Of a stretch of DNA of 64,000 nucleotides, positions 61,509 to 64,000 are shown one piece after another. Within the stretch, counting starts at the first letter, position 1; every line of letters starts with the position of its first letter. A program made the translations under genes and the position numbers. The stretch is taken from the IMG/VR virus record IMGVR_UViG_3300036770_006511, positions 1 through 64,000 of that record; one strand, 5' to 3'. This stretch comes from a virus. Below the pieces are notes generated by a model. The model had not been told where the DNA came from. It saw only the letters and a program-made list of their open reading frames with translations, and made no database searches.

Positions 61509-61999
61509 AAAAGGTAATCAAACTCAAAGAATCAGATATTAAAAACATTGTACTCAGAGCACTTAAGGAGGCTGAGCACGAACATAATAGATACATGTTC
61601 TTCAGTAATTTAGAACAATTAAAAAGACAAGCCGAGAAGTTGTTGGAATTGGACCATGACCAAATTCATGCGATTTTGGAAAATGGACACGATTGGGCAG
61701 ACGACCATATCACGGTAGCTAAAGAAAACCTTGACCAAGTATTCGATTTTATGATGAATGAGATTGAAGGTAATGGAGAGGAGTTAATGGTTGCTATGGA
61801 TATGGATATAATGGAAGCGAAAAAGAAAAAGAACAAAAAAAAGGCTGGAACTCCGTTATGTGCTAGAGGTAAGGCGGCGGCTAAGGCTAAATATGATGTA
61901 TACCCTTCAGCGTACGCTAACGGATATGCAGTACAAGTGTGTCAGGGTGAACAACCTGGTCTCGACGGTGAAAAAAGATGTTCGGGGGCTTATTGTTAA
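61505..61999 (+). CDS. Hypothetical protein with YPSAYANG/Cys domain, possible internal head protein
   Basis: KLKESDIKNIV leader; LCARGK..YPSAYANG..C..C..C. Confidence 0.6.
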   Translation: MKKVIKLKESDIKNIVLRALKEAEHEHNRYMFFSNLEQLKRQAEKLLELDHDQIHAILENGHDWADDHITVAKENLDQVFDFMMNEIEGNGEELMVAMDMDIMEAKKKKNKKKAGTPLCARGKAAAKAKYDVYPSAYANGYAVQVCQGEQPGLDGEKRCSGAYC

Positions 62000-62023
62000 T
62001 TTGATTTTTATTTTGTACCTTTG
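61992..62023 (+). promoter_or_regulatory. Bacteroidota-type housekeeping promoter (-7 TAccTTTG; TTG 20 nt upstream)
   Basis: TACCTTTG at 62016-62023 matches TAnnTTTG. Confidence 0.5.
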
Positions 62024-62041
62024 TCATCAAAGACATAAGGA

Positions 62042-62446
62042 ATGAATAAAACTGAACACAAATTCCGTAGGTGGGTCCAAAAACTCACTCTCAAATTTTT
62101 TCGATACGTATCGAGTGAACAAGAGAAATCAATCTACGAGAGGGATTGTATTGCGGTTTGTAAAAAATTTATCAACCAACCCGATTCTGTAATGTTGTTA
62201 ACACCTATTAGTGGTAAACGATACATCAAGAGTGAGAAGAACGAAGTTTTTATCATCTTAGAGTCTCATCGAGTAAAAATTATCAATCACGTTTACGCCT
62301 ACGATGTTCATTTGAATGAAAAATCTTGGAACCAAATTGTATCTCTGTTTGATAATGAAGTGGAAAAGAGAAGAGAGGAATTTGAAAAACAAATCACCTC
62401 AAATATCAAATCCTCACTTCAAAAAATTGTAAAAGAAATCAAATGA
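62042..62446 (+). CDS. Hypothetical protein
   Basis: 134-aa ORF. Confidence 0.65.
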   Translation: MNKTEHKFRRWVQKLTLKFFRYVSSEQEKSIYERDCIAVCKKFINQPDSVMLLTPISGKRYIKSEKNEVFIILESHRVKIINHVYAYDVHLNEKSWNQIVSLFDNEVEKRREEFEKQITSNIKSSLQKIVKEIK

Positions 62447-62832
62447 AAAACCCATTTACCTACTTGTACTACACAGGACTTCTTGTTTTGATTGTTACAC
62501 TTACTTTTACTACTTTCTTTATTTTAAAATTTTCGAGTATACTTCCCTCTTTGTTGTCCCAACAGGGAAAGACAGAGTACTATCAAGAAACTGAAATTAT
62601 ACCCAAGGCAACTTCGGAAATCAAAGAATCTGAAACTTTAGTAATAAAGCCCACGGTTGAAAAAAAACAACCATCAGTTTCAACAACATCCTCATCATCA
62701 GAAGTTTCCACGACATCATTAACAGTAACATCAACACCATCCTCCGAAAAAAAAGATAGTGTTGTAAAAGTTGAAGAAAAATTAACAGATACAAATGTAG
62801 TTCAAATCGATTCTACTTCACAGACTCCTTAA
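62443..62832 (+). CDS. Membrane-anchored Ser/Thr-rich protein
   Basis: N-terminal hydrophobic helix, then low-complexity S/T/E/K tail. Confidence 0.6.
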   Translation: MKNPFTYLYYTGLLVLIVTLTFTTFFILKFSSILPSLLSQQGKTEYYQETEIIPKATSEIKESETLVIKPTVEKKQPSVSTTSSSSEVSTTSLTVTSTPSSEKKDSVVKVEEKLTDTNVVQIDSTSQTP

Positions 62833-63439
62833 GAACTCTAAAAATTAACCCTCTAAGACCTTCATTTTTTTTCTTTTTTGGTTTGTAAGAAGTCATAGTT
62901 GGTTTGTTACCCTTTCCTGTTTTCGGGTCTTTTTTTTCAGCCCTCCTTTTTTGTGCACAGGCGGCTTTCTTTTGTTCGTCCGTCATTTTAGCGGCAACAC
63001 CAGCTGCACGACATTTCGGATAACCCTTAGATTCACCCTCAGGTCTTCCACAGGGTGGATGCCCTCCACCTTCTTTTTTTCTACAAATATTTACCCAAGG
63101 TCCTTTTGGTTGTTTACTACCTTTAGGTTTTTTCTTGGTTCCAAACCAAACGGCTAAGTCTTCTTTTAAGATATCATCTTTAAAAATTTTTTTTCTCATT
63201 TTTTTCACTTTGTTAATGTTTGATTTGGTTTTTGCCTCATCTTTCTTGACCCTATCGGAGGATTTTCCCACTTCACCATCATAAAAATCATACGAAGTAT
63301 CGTTGTTGAAATACTTCGAGAGTTTTACAGTAAACGGTTGAAGTTGTCCATCTGTCCAAGTTTGAGGTGTAATATTAAGTTTACCCTTGAATTGCCCATC
63401 ACTCGATGATGTTGTTGACTCGTTGATTTTATGTTTCAT
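62813..63439 (-). CDS. Hypothetical basic Cys-containing protein, possible internal head protein
   Basis: EDLAVWFG..WVNIC..PCGR..YPKCR; TATTTATA at 63453-63460. Confidence 0.65.
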   Translation of the reverse strand: MKHKINESTTSSSDGQFKGKLNITPQTWTDGQLQPFTVKLSKYFNNDTSYDFYDGEVGKSSDRVKKDEAKTKSNINKVKKMRKKIFKDDILKEDLAVWFGTKKKPKGSKQPKGPWVNICRKKEGGGHPPCGRPEGESKGYPKCRAAGVAAKMTDEQKKAACAQKRRAEKKDPKTGKGNKPTMTSYKPKKKKNEGLRGLIFRVLKESVK

Positions 63440-63471
63440 AAACCTATATTTTTATAAATATTTCTTTTTGT

Positions 63472-63702
63472 ATGCAAGATTTCACAGGTTTCCCTTTATT
63501 TGACAGAATAAACATTCAATCGTCCGAAGACTTTGAGAATTTATTGAATGATTTGAACGAGGAACGGGCAAATTTTATAATTCAAATTGCGTTAGAAAAG
63601 GCGTATACCTCGGGTTTATACAGTTTGAGTGAGGCCGAAATTTTATCTAAATCATTAAGATTAAAAATAAAAAAGGGGACCGAAGTCCCCTCTGAAAAGT
63701 GA
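63472..63702 (+). CDS. Hypothetical protein
   Basis: 76-aa ORF. Confidence 0.55.
   Translation: MQDFTGFPLFDRINIQSSEDFENLLNDLNEERANFIIQIALEKAYTSGLYSLSEAEILSKSLRLKIKKGTEVPSEK
63669..63692 (-). terminator. Rho-independent terminator after major capsid gene
   Basis: Minus strand GGGGAC-TTCG-GTCCCC followed by T6 (cUUCGg tetraloop). Confidence 0.9.
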
Positions 63703-63712
63703 TTTGAGATTA

Positions 63713-64000
63713 TTATCTCAATTCTCTCAAGTCGAATGTTCTAACACCATCAACTGTGATACGACCGTAGAAACGGTTGTTTACAACCTTCTTAGCGTAT
63801 CTGGTCATGATACCCTTGATTGGTGTAAAGTTGAATGGGTTATACATCGTTGGAGTGAGTTGTAAAGGTACGTATGGTGCGTAGATGTAACCAGTGTCAA
63901 GTAACGACGTACCCTTGTGACCCAACAATACTTGGTTTGCTGGGAAGTATGGGTCACGGTAAACTTGATATCTACCTGCCAATGTTCCAACTCTTTCAAT
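63713..64000 (-). CDS. Major capsid protein, C-terminal end (T4 gp23-like; start outside window)
   Basis: VYRDPY, GHKG, GYIYAPYVPL, FTPIKGIMTRY. Confidence 0.92.
   Translation of the reverse strand: MERVGTLAGRYQVYRDPYFPANQVLLGHKGTSLLDTGYIYAPYVPLQLTPTMYNPFNFTPIKGIMTRYAKKVVNNRFYGRITVDGVRTFDLRELR

Noticed and set aside
1-64000. Stop-codon reassignment as in some large phages
   Set aside because: Standard code gives near-complete coding density with intact genes; TAA, TAG and TGA all end genes
1-64000. tRNA/rRNA genes, integrases, transposases
   Set aside because: Intergenic gaps are short and none showed recognisable motifs by eye; tRNAscan-SE would be needed to exclude tRNAs

Overview
This window is a gene-dense, AT-rich, standard-code segment of a large T4-like (myovirus/jumbo-type) bacteriophage genome. 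The host is probably a Bacteroidota bacterium (inferred from A-rich, Shine-Dalgarno-free starts and one TAnnTTTG promoter). It carries virion genes (tail sheath, neck/head-closure and tail-completion-like proteins, baseplate spike, 3' end of the major capsid gene), replication genes (PolB, SNF2 helicase, exonuclease, dUTPase), a gp55-like sigma factor, PhoH, a SET-domain protein, an SOD fusion and a WYL protein. The most striking content is a candidate phage-encoded virion O-glycosylation system. A run of mucin-like (Thr-Pro)n late proteins (19.7-28.5 kb) sits directly upstream of a GT60-like polypeptide GlcNAc-transferase, a GT25 and two HtrL/YibB-like transferases. A further ~20-kb island holds glycosyltransferases, nucleotide-sugar enzymes and glycan-tailoring enzymes (31-55 kb), and an [S/T]-G-x-T motif is conspicuously enriched in tail/baseplate/fibre proteins (candidate sequon). 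A TATTTAT motif precedes about 15 mostly structural genes (candidate late promoter), and several late genes carry (I/L/V)-x-E rich segments that suggest protease-processed capsid cargo. All calls come from motif recognition by eye; no searches were run.
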